NCBI RefSeq assembly: GCF_009914755.1
Contig: NC_060932.1
From: the human T2T-CHM13v2.0 reference genome, Homo sapiens
DNA length: 64,000 nt
Direction: 5' to 3' (one strand)
Positions within the stretch are counted from its first letter, which is position 1, and every line of letters starts with the position of its first letter. Below are positions 47,565 to 64,000 of the stretch, piece after piece. A program made the position numbers and the translations under genes. The notes under the pieces are model-generated. The model worked only from the letters and a program-made list of their open reading frames with translations. It searched no databases and was not told where the DNA came from.

Positions 47565-48539
47565 CTAGAAAAAGGAGACTTGGGAGTTAACCCAACAGAC
47601 CCCCAAACTAAACTTCTGTGGAACACAAGGAAGAGAGTTAGAAACACAGAAGAAGAAAGCAAATCGTCACTTGCGGTGTTCTTTGGAGAGGGGCTTTCTG
47701 TGCAGACGTCCAGTGAAGCCCCCAGGCCGTGGGAAGCCCGCAGAGCAGAGTAAACAGGAAACGCCGGGAAGCTATTTTTATTTGGTGCCGTCTTTACTTT
47801 CCCCTGTTTCAGTGGAAAATGAGTCTGAATTCCACAAAACTCCTTAGTGAACAACAAATATAACTGGAGGCAGTGCCAAGACTGTCATTCCTCAGCAGTG
47901 GTTTGGACACGTTTCTTTTCTGCGGACATCTTGGAAGGCTCAGGCCCATGCTGGGCAGGAAACAGGTGGTTTGCTTTAGAGAAGGCCCGTGGAAAGGCCA
48001 GCAAGGCAAGCCCTGTGCCCCGGGTGACAGATTTCTGTCCTCCCCTGCAGAATCCTGTTTTCCTGTTAGCGACTGAGAAGCAGGGTGGGCCCTGTCATGT
48101 TCCGGACAGCAGTGTCCCAGGTTGCCACCCCGAGACCCCCAAGCCAAAGGAGAAAGGTGGCCATTGCGTACCAGGTTCCGTGGGGGTGCCCACCCTGTTC
48201 CAAGGCACAGCAGCGGAGCCACAACCTGGTGCAGGAGTTCCTAGCTTGGGGGTGGTGAGAGCCCAGGGGATGGGGCTGCGCTACTTGGAGGCGCCTCTTC
48301 TCCCGCGACCCGGTTCATTTCTCTGGTTTTGCCCTAAGAGCCACCTGCTCAGATTTGCATTCCTAGGTGGACAGAGAGTCAAGGAAGGAGGTGTTTAAAG
48401 GGCTCTTTTGCTGTTGTGCTCCCCATTTTTATCCTGTCTGTGGCTGAGGGAGTTGACCTTTCTCTCCACACTGAAAAGGGTTCCCAGTATGTCCCCTGCT
48501 CCCTCAATGTCTTTTTATGCATCATCGCACCCCACTCCC

Positions 48540-48540
<1 letters not shown>

Positions 48541-48585
<45 letters not shown>
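48541..48585. repeat. (CA)n microsatellite
   Basis: About 22 CA units. Confidence 0.97.
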
Positions 48586-48587
<2 letters not shown>

Positions 48588-49519
48588 TACTCACTCAGCA
48601 GATGCCTCAGCCGTCATCCAGTGACCATGCATTGAGAGTACTCTACATACCTTTAAAAAATAAGGGTATACCGCTCATTAAGATTAGGCCTGGGATCCAC
48701 CAGGGACTCCTGATCATTTTCTTGGGCCCACTTTCTTCCATCTTCTATCTGAAGGTTGTCCCCTGCCACTATGGACTCTCACTGAACAGTCCTGCACCAT
48801 AGTGTGAATACTGGAAATGATGGTTTTCATGAAGTATTTCTCAAATGAACTCATCCCTTCCCTGTCTGGTGCCAACAGCCTGATCTATCTATTGTCTTCT
48901 GGAAACCCAGTGACTCCCATGGAACTCAGGCCCTTTGGTGGCTCGGAAGAGTCTCTCCAGCCAGCTGGAGGGAGTTGGCTGTTACTGTAAGTGTGCCATG
49001 AACTTTATACACCTGCAACAGGTCCTGGGCTTTGCTCTCCTGGTCACCTCTCTCAGAGTCTTTGTTTTCCTTGCAGTATTTTCTTACTTCCCCTGTCTCT
49101 GCCAACAGATTTGGCTCTTAGCTCATTTACTCTCATGATTCACTCTTCCTTGTATACTATTAACCTTGGCTTGCCAAGGCCCTCTGTGGTCCCCTTGTAC
49201 CTTTATATCTCTCTGGGAAGCCTTCCAGTATCGGCTCCCACTCCTACCTCCTTGACTGTCTCCATGCCTCTCACCCCAAGTTCTGGAGAGTGAGATTTTG
49301 GATGGCCCAGCCCATTCTTCTCTGGAGACAGCTGTTTTGCTCGAGGCCATCTCAGAGGTCACTGTTCAGCTCATAGCCTCGTTATGCTTGATCATTTCTG
49401 GTAGGATGTGATGAGCCACAAATGCAAAAGTAGAGTTCAGTCATTATTTCCTGAATATCTTTTATGCCATCTTATACTGAGAGTGACTGCCTAAGGAAGA
49501 TGTGGAGTAACGTCCTTAA

Positions 49520-49811
<292 letters not shown>

Positions 49812-50214
49812 CTTAAATTCTGATAGGTGAGTTTTATTGTTGTTGTTTTTGAGTGTTATTTGCCAGTGTGCATGGATAGGTGAGTTTTTGGAAAGATACT
49901 GATTATGTTCGTTAAGTTCAGTCTGCATCCCTGGAAATGAAGTTAATACAATCGTTTACCTCTCAAATCAAGCCTGAACTCTTAAATCTGTGTTATAGCT
50001 GGCCACTCAGGGCCTTCTTACTTGCTTTTCTAGCCTTACCGAGTTGCCTTCCTCTTCGTGTGACCCCATGTTATAGATGTTTACCAGGCTTGAACTATTC
50101 AGTTTCTTCTTTGCTCATGGGGCTTCCCCTTATGTCCAAATTCTACATGCACTTCAAAGACCAGGTCAATCCCTGTTTTAGTTTCCTAGAGTTTCCACAA
50201 TAAATCACCACTAA

Positions 50215-50572
50215 GGAGGTCAGAAGTCTGAAATCAAGGAGTAGTCAGGGCTGTGCTCCCTCGGAAGGCGCTAGGGGAGAGTCCTGCCCTGTCTCCTCTA
50301 GTTTCTGATGGCTCTAGGTCTGCCTTGGCTTGTGATTTCAGGACTCCAGTCTCTGCTTCTATCTTCACAGGGCCCTCTCTGTGTCTTGCCTTTTCTGTCT
50401 AAGGACACTTGTCAATGGATTTAGGTGCCACCCAGGTAATCCCGGTTGCTTTCATCTCAAGATCCTGAATTTCTTTTGCAAAGAACTTATTTCCAAATAT
50501 GGTCACATTCACAGGTTGCAGGGTTTAGGACATGGACATATTGTTTCAGGGGCCACCATTTAACCCACTACA
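50215..50572 (-). mobile_element. MLT1B/C-type LTR fragment
   Basis: ggaggtcagaagtctgaaatcaagg...ttccaaatatggtcacattcacagg...ttaacccactaca. Confidence 0.75.
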
Positions 50573-51129
50573 ATCCTGAATCCCTTTGAAGACTGTGCCC
50601 TAGACCTTTCTCTCCTCCAAGCTCCCATGCCCTTTAAGTCTCTTAAGGCATTTTCAACATTCAGTTGCACAGTGTAGGTACTTTGGCCACTTGTGCTAAG
50701 AGTGTGGGTTACAGAGCTAGATGTCCTGGGTTCAAATCCCAGCTCCGCCACTTGCCAGCTGAATGATACTGGTCAAGTCACTTAACTCCTTTTCCCAGGA
50801 CTGGGACACAGTGAGGCACCTAGGGCACAACATTTAAAGAGGCACTCACTCTCAGGGTCCTCTCACCACCCCACAAGTCAGATTTTCATAAGCTTCATTA
50901 AATTGTGTGCCTTGGGCCTCTCTTGACTTACCCTAATCCCTGCCCTGCCTCTTATCATGGTTTTCTAATCTGTAAAGTGGGGATCAGGACCTCTCTAATA
51001 GAGAATTTTAAGGATGAAATGAATAACACAAGTAAAAGATTAGCAGTAAGGGCTCAATAAATGATAGCTATGGTTTCTCTAACTAGACAGGCAACTCACA
51101 AAGAGCTGGTCTAATTCATCATCATATTC

Positions 51130-51790
51130 CCAATAACTTTAAATTGCAAAAACTTGGAAGCTTTTTGCAATTGCAAGATGTCCTTCCAAGATGATATCTA
51201 TTTATCTACTTGTCCAACCAAGTAGACGAATAGGCGAATAAACTGTGGTACGTCCAGGCAATGGAATACTATTCAGCACTCAAAAGAAATGGGCAACTAA
51301 GTGTAAATAGCCATGGAGGAACCTTAAATCCATGTTACTAAGTGAAAGAAGCCAATTTGAAAAAGCTACATACTATATGATTTCAACATATGACATTCCT
51401 GAAAAGGCAAAACTTTGGAGACAGTAAAAAGATCAGTGGTTGCCAGGGCGTGCAGGGATGGAGGGACGACTAGGCAGAGCACAGAGGGTTTTGGAAACTG
51501 ATCTGTATGATACTATCATGATGGGCACATGTCACCATACACTTGTCCAAACCCGTAGAATGTATAACAGCAAGAGCGAACCCTAACGTAAACCAGGGAG
51601 TTTGGGTGATAATGATGTGCCAATGTAGGCTCATTGATTGTAACAAATGTACCACTCTGGTGGGGGATGTTGCTAATAGGAGAGGCTGTGCCTGTGAAGG
51701 GGCAGGAAGCAGATGGCAATTCTCTGTACCTTCTGCTCAATTTTGCTGTGACCTAAAGCTACTCTACAAAATAAAGTCTATTTAAAAAAT
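51130..51790 (+). mobile_element. L1MC-like 3' end
   Basis: gaaccctaacgtaaac...gattgtaacaaatgtaccactctgg...ctcaattttgctgtga...aataaagtctattt. Confidence 0.8.
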
Positions 51791-53330
51791 GCATGTTACA
51801 TTGAAAATTGTAGGTGATTGATTATATTTGAGTGAATTAATGAACATTTGCTAAGATTGAGTCATGTGGTAATTGAGCTAGTAGTCTATAATCAGGCAAA
51901 TAACCCAGGCTTTGAGTCCCTGGGGTCAAGAGTTCTTGAGTTGATTCATCTCCTTGTTCATGCACAGTGTTTAGAAGGTTTAGGTGAGGTGCTTTGGATA
52001 GAGGGAGTAGAGCCCAAGCCTCAGAACATTTCTGAGGTTGGTTTTCAAATTAGAACCATGAGGGAAAGGCTTGAAAGTGGGATGCGTGCACACTGGATGG
52101 ATTTGTTCATGTTTGGATAGCAGCAGCTCAAATGTGCAAAGTGGCTTCGGTCCATGCTTGCTGGTCCCACCAGGAATGGAGGGCTCTTTCTTGGCTATGC
52201 ACTTGTCAGCTCCCTGGGAAGGAGATTCTTTCCTGGAACATGGAGACTATCTGACATCTTGTCTGGAACTCCATGAAACTCTTGGCAGCACCTGGCCCAG
52301 CAGGGTGCACCCCAAAACACCACATTTATTTGATATTGGGATTGATATTTCTCTTTTACATTGTGGTTGGGACTCATTAACTCTCAATAAGGACCAACAT
52401 TAAAGGAGGAGTTTCCTCCCTCTCAGGAAAAAAAAAAAAAAGCTTCCTTGGATGGGCCACAGCTCCTGTAACTGATTTGCTCTTCTGGCACAGGACATCA
52501 TGTTGTGTGGTACCCTGAGGCTGGTGAGAAAGGGAACAGACTCAAAAATTCCTGGGTGGAAAGGCTCTTCCCTGCATTTACCACAATTGCTAAAATGCTA
52601 GGTTTAATAGCTCAAGGCTGGTCTATATTTGCATGGAAACTGTGTATGTGTGGAATTTTATTTTATTGTTTTACTTCAAGATGGTCATAATAAGAGCCAG
52701 ACTGTTGATGAGTCTAACGATTAGAAGCAGCCTCTAAATTCCCCATACAATCACGTTGGGTTCAATTTTGAGATTTTATTCTAATAGTTCAAAATGTGTG
52801 GTGTTTATCTAGCAACCTCACTAAAGGACTCACATTCACTGGTGCCAAACATGTGCATTAGCCTTGCAGCCGCCCAGTGCAAAGACTGCCTCTATAACCA
52901 GCCACAGAGTTTAAGTAAAGCAGTCTGGAAGAGTGTTGGGAAGGTTCATGTCAGTAACTGCTATATTTATGTCCACCATATCACTGTTAAATTGGCAAGC
53001 ACTGAGGCAGCCTTCAGCATGGCTGAGTGTGTACACTCACCATTCCTGGATGAGTTGCGTGCTTGGAAACAGGAGCACAAAGAGGGTGCTTGGCTTAGGG
53101 AACTTGGCTCGACATTTCTATCTCTTTGAGTTATGTCCACCATTACACCTGCGTCCTTTGGAGCCAAACTTACACATTACCACCATTACTCTTTCATAGC
53201 ACTGAAATTGTACTCATCTATGAAATCTGCCTTTCTCTTTCTTACATTGCCACAGAACAGAATCTCTAGGAGTGTGTGGGGTATTGAAGAGGGGGAAGAA
53301 TACATTCTGGGTCACTGCTTGAGAAATTTT

Positions 53331-53336
53331 TTTATT
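53331..53336 (-). terminator. Candidate distal NIPAL2 polyadenylation signal
   Basis: TTTATT on + equals AATAAA on -; position fits a long 3' UTR. Confidence 0.6.
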
Positions 53337-53759
53337 GTATTTGTTTTCAAGTGATTCTGGTAACCAAAGTATTACAGTTACAGGGCAAGCAAACATTTAA
53401 GCCAAAAAACAATCATATGGCAAAGGCCTCTGCTTTAATCTACTACATGAGAGGTCATTGTTACTCATTTCCAAAGCTGTTATAGACTTGGAATGTGGAA
53501 TTGGAGAGGCTTTTCGAATGTAGTTAGTGGTGTTCACAAAAGAACCACTGCCTTTCAACTTGGACCCTAAGAATGAACTTATCACTTCCATTTAGAACTT
53601 ATATAAGCAAAAATATCTGAAGGCAAATATCAAGCCATGTTTCCACACTCCCAAAGTATCTCATTTGTCATGAGCCATGAGTGTCACTTTTTAAACTCCT
53701 TCCCTGAATGCCCAATCAACAGGAAAGAAGCTGCAGAGCAAGGGCAGAAGAGTCTAGAC

Positions 53760-54294
<535 letters not shown>

Positions 54295-56463
54295 GTCTAG
54301 ACAGATAGTCAGATGAGCTAACAGTTGGCTAAAGGTCCTCAACTCACAATGCCAAGAGAAGGACTGAGTTGGCTTTAGTTGTTGTCATGCACTGTGTAAT
54401 TTAAAAAATCTTACAGGCCAGTACAACTAAAACTCCTATTTACCTTACTTTGGAGCAACAATATGGAAAGTAAAACTAGGTCTGAATATATTTTATATGT
54501 TACCTGGACTTCTAAAACATTGTTGATTGCTTAAATGTGCATAAGTCAATGTCATTTCTCAAAACGTTTAATAGATGCAACTGTTGGCGGCTGCTAAAGT
54601 ACTGGTGTTATGCTTGTGCCTGTGTGAAATTCTACAGTGCTGAAAATCTCATGCACTCTAGCTATGAATGCAGGTCTACTTGAAGCAAAACTCTTCAATC
54701 TAATTGTTTTCTCAATCTTTGTAAACCAGTTTTAAGAGTCACCAGAAATCTGTAGTTTAAGGCACTAGATACATTTCTTGGCTGAGCCTTGTAGGACCAA
54801 TATGCTGGACCAATTCGGTAAAATACACCATAAATTATGACTGCTTTATCTGAATGCATGGGACACTTGCTACGATGGCGGGAATTATTACCAGGAGTTT
54901 AGGAGCCAGACATGGGTTCTGTATTTTTCATACATTGGTGATCAATTCAAATCTCTTTCCTTTGCAGCCAGGTTTGGTCAGTCTGGCCAGGAGTGCAGAT
55001 TATGACAAAGAACAAAGCTAAAAGACCTGAGCCATTAAGGTTACAGTCTCAATACCACCGAGTTAAACAACCTATTTAAATGCAAGACTATTGATTGGAA
55101 TGATATTGGACAGACATGTCAGAAGTGATCTGAAGGCTTTGAAATGTCATTAAGGGTGGGACTTATTGTTGGATGTTGGCTGCAACGAAGGCTACTTCTT
55201 TTCTTCTCCTTTAAATATTAGGTAGATCATAAATAACAGATATTATTATGGATTCTACCTGCAAATGTGTCTTAGCAGATATGTGATGAATTGGAGTGGA
55301 AAAGCCATTCAGGAAACAGGAGGACTTGGGCTTCCTCTTGAAGCTCAGGTTTGACCACTGGGTTGTTTTCTATGTCTACAGGTTTAAATGGCTGAAATTC
55401 AGTTCTCTAATCACAACTCTCCTTTTATCTAGAAGAATTTACAAAGCTTGAGGTAATGACTTTGGGAAGAAATGATGTGTAGTGAAACTATCACTAAGAA
55501 TTTAAATGTGATTTTTTAGACTTATATGGAGAATAAGACATATAAATCCACTTGATAAATTATAAGATCTATAAAAAAGACATAGGATATTAAATTTTTC
55601 TTCAGTTTCAAGTATGATAGAATCATACAGCTGAAGAAAACATCACCATTCTAGATTTTTATTAAAAAATAAACAAACATTAGTCCTACTTTTTGTCTCT
55701 AACGCTTCATGAATTTATGTGTCAGCCTTGTGCAGGGGCTGTGCTAATCTCTGCATTGTTCCTATTTTAGTACATGGGCTACTGAAACAAGCAGAGTCCT
55801 ACTTCTTAAACTTCCTCTTCCTTACACGTAAAAAGCCCACCAGTCAAGGTCTTTTAATTTTGGTGTACACTATCACTGAATGCCATTTATAAATTCTAAT
55901 TTTAAAGAGACCCTTAATTTTCAAAGGAGGACTTTGATAGCATTAGTTTTCAGAAAAGATGACTTGCAATTCTAACTTAGTACTTGAAAGGTGAGATTTT
56001 TATAGGGAGGCTTATAAAAGGTGTCTTAGAAAAAAAATGAGCGCTCTCAAACCTTTCTTTTGGGAGTGAGGTTGTGGGGCTGAAGTGACTTTTTAAAGTG
56101 AAGCAACTGACACTACCCGTGGGAGAAGCCACCTATGCGACCTGTGGCCAAACCGCAAATGTATGTTTCTGTGCAACATTCCTGCTAGAGCAGCCGGGCT
56201 CTGAGTAAGGTGTAGCTGGCTAGATAATCACTAGGGAGAGGTCCAGGGTGTGGGGAACACTCCAAATCACATTCCATGGAAATATTAGACTGTCAGAGCT
56301 TAGGAAGTCCCCGATTGTCCATAGACGCTGAGGTGGGGGAAAGGACTGAAATGAATGCTAGCACATGTTAGCTTATAAAAGAGCTGCTGACACAAATTGA
56401 ACATGTGCAATTTTTTAAAAAGGTGGTATCGAATAACAGGCCAACAGCCATCCTTCTCAGCAT

Positions 56464-56576
56464 TTAGACCTCTTTCTTCTCTCCACTTTGGCTCTTTGTT
56501 GAGTCACTTCCATCAGGCAAAGTTCCATAGGATAAGCTATGTGAATCTGGTTGTATTTTGTCCAACATTTGTTTCC
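56464..56576 (-). CDS. NIPAL2: NIPAL2 terminal exon, coding part (NIPA-like Mg2+ transporter family)
   Basis: Minus strand cag|GG AAA CAA ATG... gives (G)KQMLDKIQPDSHSLSYGTLPDGSDSTKSQSGEKKEV*. Confidence 0.93.
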
Positions 56577-56870
56577 CTGTGGAGATAATAATCATAGAGA
56601 ATCTTTTGAGGTCTTACAGAAAAATAAGTCTTAATAATTTCTCCTCAATCTAGGCCACATTTTATCACCTCTCTTTTATACTATGTGGGCACTCTCTAAA
56701 GAGAAGAGATGAATATCAAGGAAGAAAAGGCCCTTGAAACGCCATGTCTGTAGCTATGTGATAGCGAATTGTCTGTGTCAGAGCCACTATCCCCACCCCA
56801 CAGGATCTACATGCTGGCCATGGAAATCAGGTGGGTTTAGTCTGGAGATTCACATGAAGCATTCACTCAC

Positions 56871-56898
56871 CTCCAAGCCTTTCTCTCTGGGGTTGTGT
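56871..56898 (-). CDS. NIPAL2: NIPAL2 28-nt alternative exon (frameshifting)
   Basis: ag|ACACAACCCCAGAGAGAAAGGCTTGGAG|gtgagt gives DTTPERKAW(R), then ETNVGQNTTRFT* in the last exon; matches a recalled shorter isoform C-terminus. Confidence 0.75.
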
Positions 56899-57022
56899 CT
56901 TCTTTTCCACGTCGAATGCATATAACAACATAGAAAAATAGCCTTTGATAGTGACTTCTAAAGCTACTACGGAGCCTATGCACTGAGCTTTGTGAAATAA
57001 AAAATAGAGTTAAAAATAATCA

Positions 57023-57305
<283 letters not shown>

Positions 57306-58213
57306 TCAAACTTTATTTCCTATCAAAGAACCTCTAACCATATAAGGCTTCTATCACAAGCACCTTTGCCACTGATGCCAATTCTTTCATTGACTGCTCC
57401 CAGCAGATAAGATGGCTCGAATGGCAAAGAGAACACAGAATTCATTGCATGGGGCCATATTTCTCAGTCTTAGGGATGAGGCTTCCCTAGTTTTTGCTTC
57501 ACAGGCATGGTGCTAACAGAATGGTGGAGAAAGCTGTGAGAATGTCTCCACTCCTGCCTGGAAACCTATAGGTCCCCCTACATCCCCAGTAAGGCTGGAG
57601 AGTGCTGAGGGCGGGTGGACAGGGGAAGAGGTGACACAGCAGACAGTTTCCTTTGTCCTGGACTTGGCTTTTGTTGTCTACATGACTAGGCGAGTTATTT
57701 CTCAGTGAGAGTGAGAACGGGAAAGAGTGTTTGCTCTCTGGGTAGGCGGGGTGAGGAAGGGGGAAGAAACTACTCATGTTTTGGTGACTGTCCTGAGCCA
57801 CAGTGCACAGGCCACCTCAGGCTTCCCCCAAGACATGCTCCTTAGCTGCCTACCCTTTGTCCTTGGATGTTCCTTCAAGGCTCTCAAAGTGGCAGGGGTC
57901 TGCTGCTGGTAGTCATTGCTACTCTTTTCTCTACCCTTTTCCAATTTAAGGAAACCCAAAAAGGAAATCCTCCAAATCACCCAAATCGAGGAAACATGGT
58001 CAGTTCTTTTATATCCCCAGTTCTGTGCAAAACTGACATTCAATAAATTATTAGAAACATTTACACTGAAAATAGCACCTTTGGTTTCATTATTAAATGT
58101 ACATTTTTTAGGATAAGAATTATGTTTTATATTAACTTACCACCCAAAATAATACCAATAACTATTCATTTATAAGGATCAAATTTTCCACTATAAAGAA
58201 TATATGATTTTAC

Positions 58214-58308
58214 CAGGAATATTTCCAAAATCAATATAAGACTGTTGCAGATGTTCCTTTTCTCGATTTCTTGTGACCAAAAATACACCAAGGAATGACA
58301 GAAAACAC
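58214..58308 (-). CDS. NIPAL2: NIPAL2 coding exon
   Basis: cag|G TGT TTT CTG... gives (G)CFLSFLGVFLVTRNREKEHLQQSYIDFGNIP; 95 nt; donor GTAAAA; last transmembrane helix. Confidence 0.94.
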
Positions 58309-59427
58309 CTGTAAGGATAATATTAATAAAGAATACAAGAACACTGAAACAGACTCATGGTATTAAATAACTGAGCTCCATATTCTACATGATGACATAA
58401 ATCCCATTGGTTTTGTTCTTCCAGTTTCTCATGGTAAGCTTCCTAGTACTTGTCTTAATTAGCACAGCCAATAGTTCTACCCAGAACCAAGACTTGGGCA
58501 GATTCCAGTAGATCTCTGGCCCAGGTTTTTACCATCTGGGGGCTAACTCAGGCTCAAAACCCTTGGGGACACCCTGTCTCATTTTCTGCCCATGCACGCC
58601 CAGATCCATTTCTGGCATGTGACACAAGAGAAAAAATAATTTATTCTTTAATTTTCTAAGAAATCTAGTTTTCCTTGGCCATAAGAGTAGTCATAATTTC
58701 CAGACCTCAGAAGTTTGGCCTTGCCCAATTATCTTATGAAATTGAATTTTCAAGATAGATGGCTTCCTACACCGAAAATAGCCTAGGCTCAAGTTTGCAT
58801 AACAATGATCATGCTGACTACTAGATCAAGGAGCAGCTAAACATTTAATGAAGTGCCTCATGGAGTCATGGAAGCTCCTATACACTGGTGATATATTGTC
58901 AAAGTTCTGCTCTCTGTTTGCAAGCAATGCTAGCAATGATGCCCACCAAATCTCTAGGGAGAGCTCAAGCTGCACACTCTTAACACAAGAAAGGGATGCT
59001 ACCAACCTGATATTATCATGACTAAAGCAAGGGATCTGCCCATCTTGGCCTTTTATTTTGGGCGACCCTAGAGGATCATGATTCTCTAATTTAGATCTAA
59101 TCTAGGGGTTCCCAAGAGCGAAGTAGGTCTGATACAGTACAGAAAGGTCGTGCAGTAACTACAAGGGCCAGTGGATGTATCTTGTCTTTGGCCTGGAATT
59201 GGAAATCCCCAATGTTTCAGAACAGCAGAGATATACCTAAGTCACAAAGCCAAAGACGCTGAGCCCTGTTTAGGGCCTTAAGTTAAAAAATATGTTTCTT
59301 TTAGGAGCTCAGGAAACTGATGTTTCTTATATTATTTTCCAATTTTCTATACCTCCGGTACAATGCCGAAAATCCTACGTAAAAGTAATAGAATTTCACA
59401 TGCTTTACCTCTGAGACATTTACTCAC

Positions 59428-59491
59428 CCAAAAAGATATATAAATACAGTGAGAAAAGGAGCACCAAGGAATTCCTGATAAAATATGATAC
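59428..59491 (-). CDS. NIPAL2: NIPAL2 coding exon
   Basis: cag|GT ATC ATA TTT TAT... gives (G)IIFYQEFLGAPFLTVFIYLF(G); 64 nt; donor GTGAGT; NIPA-family I.YQEF motif. Confidence 0.94.
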
Positions 59492-60620
59492 CTGTAACAC
59501 ATGAAAAGAAGACAAAATTGATTTTGAAGTAAGGTTATTTATAATAGCTAAATATTGTTTGTAAAATTATGTTAATATGTTATTTTTTCAAAGTAAATTT
59601 AGTCATCCTTAAAATGCACATTCAGCAGTTTAGTTTAAGAAAATTTGCATGCCACACATTCTGAATTATTCCAAAAAGAACATAGATTTGTAAATCTGAT
59701 ATAATTATCATTATTATAAAAGAAACATAATTGACATATATTTGCAAGCAGAAATTTCTCATCCAGCCCAGGATTGCCCAACTGGAACATACAAGAAAAC
59801 AACACTCTAGCAACTATTCCCCACCTGCAGTTTTAGGTCAGGGGTCAGCCAGCCTGGCCTGAGAGTCTGGGTAGACTCTGGGGCCTCTGACATGGCAGGT
59901 CCACCTCAGGCCAGCTGCTGCCACCCATGCTGTCACTCGTGGAGATGCCCAGTGATCTGTTGGTCTGGCCACATGGCGACTCAAGTGCCAAAGCACACTC
60001 TAGCAGCTGAAGTGCTACCTTAGCTCTACTTCCCACTGCCAAGCCCCCTCTCATCTTCTTCTGGTCTTCCAAAGGTAAACAAGGATGCATCATCTACTTT
60101 GATGAACTTTGCTTCTCTCCGTCTTGGTCTCAATGATTTCTTCTGTAAAGTTCCAAAGCCTTCATAGAGTTTTTGTTAAGATATCTTTAAGTTATATGTT
60201 GCCTGGAATTAATTTTTTATGTGTGTGGTGTTATCCTTGTTAGCCAGCCAACCAATATTTATTGAACGTCTGCTGTGCGTCAGCCACTGCTCTAGGTCTT
60301 GGAGAAATGACAAGACAGAGACCTATCCTCAAGGAGCTTTCTCATTCTTCACCTTATCTCCTTACCTAGGGAATGAACTTCTTACAGGAAGAAGCCATGT
60401 CCAGTTCTAATGAATATTTGTTGAATGAATGAAACTTTCTGAAGCACACTCCAGGTTATTACATACTTCCTTATAATCATTTTAATGTTTTCATGTTATT
60501 TTAAACGATATACCATAATATTCATTTCTTTAAGGGCATTTCAAGTTGGTTCTACATCTTTTTTCTCTTTTTTTTTTTTCAATTTTTTTCTTCAGTAAAG
60601 CAGCAATGTACTTCTTCGTA

Positions 60621-63327
<2,707 letters not shown>

Positions 63328-63424
63328 ATCAACACATTTTCCCAGGTATTTTATGAATTTTTGTGGGGTTTTTTAGAAGTGGAATTTCTGTTTCCAGAGA
63401 TTTTCTTGGTCCTCCAAGAAAATC

Positions 63425-64000
63425 TTTATTTATTTATTTTTAACTTTTATTTATTTAGAGATAAGGTCCTGCTCCGTCACCCAGGCTGGAGAGTAGTGGC
63501 GTGATTATAGCTTACTGTAACCTTGAACTTCTAGGTCAAACAATCCTACCGCCTCAGCCTCCTGAGTAGCTGGGACTAAAGGTGTGCACTGCCACACCTG
63601 GCTATTTTTTCCCAATTTAGAAACGTTGTAGTAAAATATACATAACATAAAATTTACCATCTCGATCTTTTGTTTTCAGTGTATAGTTCAGTAGTGATAA
63701 GTAGGTTCATACTGTTTTGCAACCAATTTCCAGAACTTTTTCATCTTGCAAAACTAAAATTCTATTCCCATTATACAACTCATTTCCTCCTCCCCGCAGC
63801 CCTCATTCTACTTTTGTTTCCATAAATCTCACTACTCTAGATATCGCATATAAGTGGAATCATAGAATATTTTTATTTTTGTGACTGGCTTATTTCACTT
63901 ACCATAATGTTCTCAAGGTTCATCTATGTTGTGGCATGTGTTATAATTTCCTTCCTTTTAAAAGCTGAATATATTCCATTGTATATATATACCACATTTT
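63425..64000 (-). mobile_element. Alu arm (~63425-63610) followed by an L1MB-like 3' end
   Basis: Antisense Alu right arm, then atatacataacataaaatttaccatc...gtgactggcttatttcactt. Confidence 0.8.

Noticed and set aside
50720-50745. B-box-like GGTTCAAATCC (also near 1349)
   Set aside because: Part of ordinary MIR heads; no acceptor or anticodon stems fold around them, unlike 4710-4778.
59622-59813. ORF containing FIIMIIIS resembling a NIPAL2 transmembrane segment
   Set aside because: AT-rich intronic sequence without a phase-compatible exon structure; resemblance is likely coincidental.

Overview
Human (primate) genomic DNA, recognisable as the POP1-NIPAL2 locus (8q22). Bases 1-~23,310 hold the last nine exons of POP1 (RNase P/MRP protein subunit, + strand). 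All junctions are GT-AG and splice into one open frame ending at TGA 21737-21739. A ~30-kb repeat-rich intergenic stretch follows (Alu, L1, L2, MIR, CR1/L3, MaLR LTRs, hAT MERs, an orphan CpG-rich patch). Bases ~53,310-64,000 hold the convergent 3' end of NIPAL2 (- strand): three coding exons, a 28-nt frameshifting alternative exon and a near full-length intronic Tigger1. The standout is a 69-nt sense-strand tRNA-like cloverleaf at 4710-4778 inside a POP1 intron, bracketed by splice signals that would make a stop-containing exon. It is a plausible RNase P substrate for autoregulating POP1. I recall it having been predicted computationally before, so it is probably not wholly new, and its function is untested here. 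Most ORF-track entries are Alu or low-complexity artefacts. Repeat boundaries and subfamily names are by eye and approximate.
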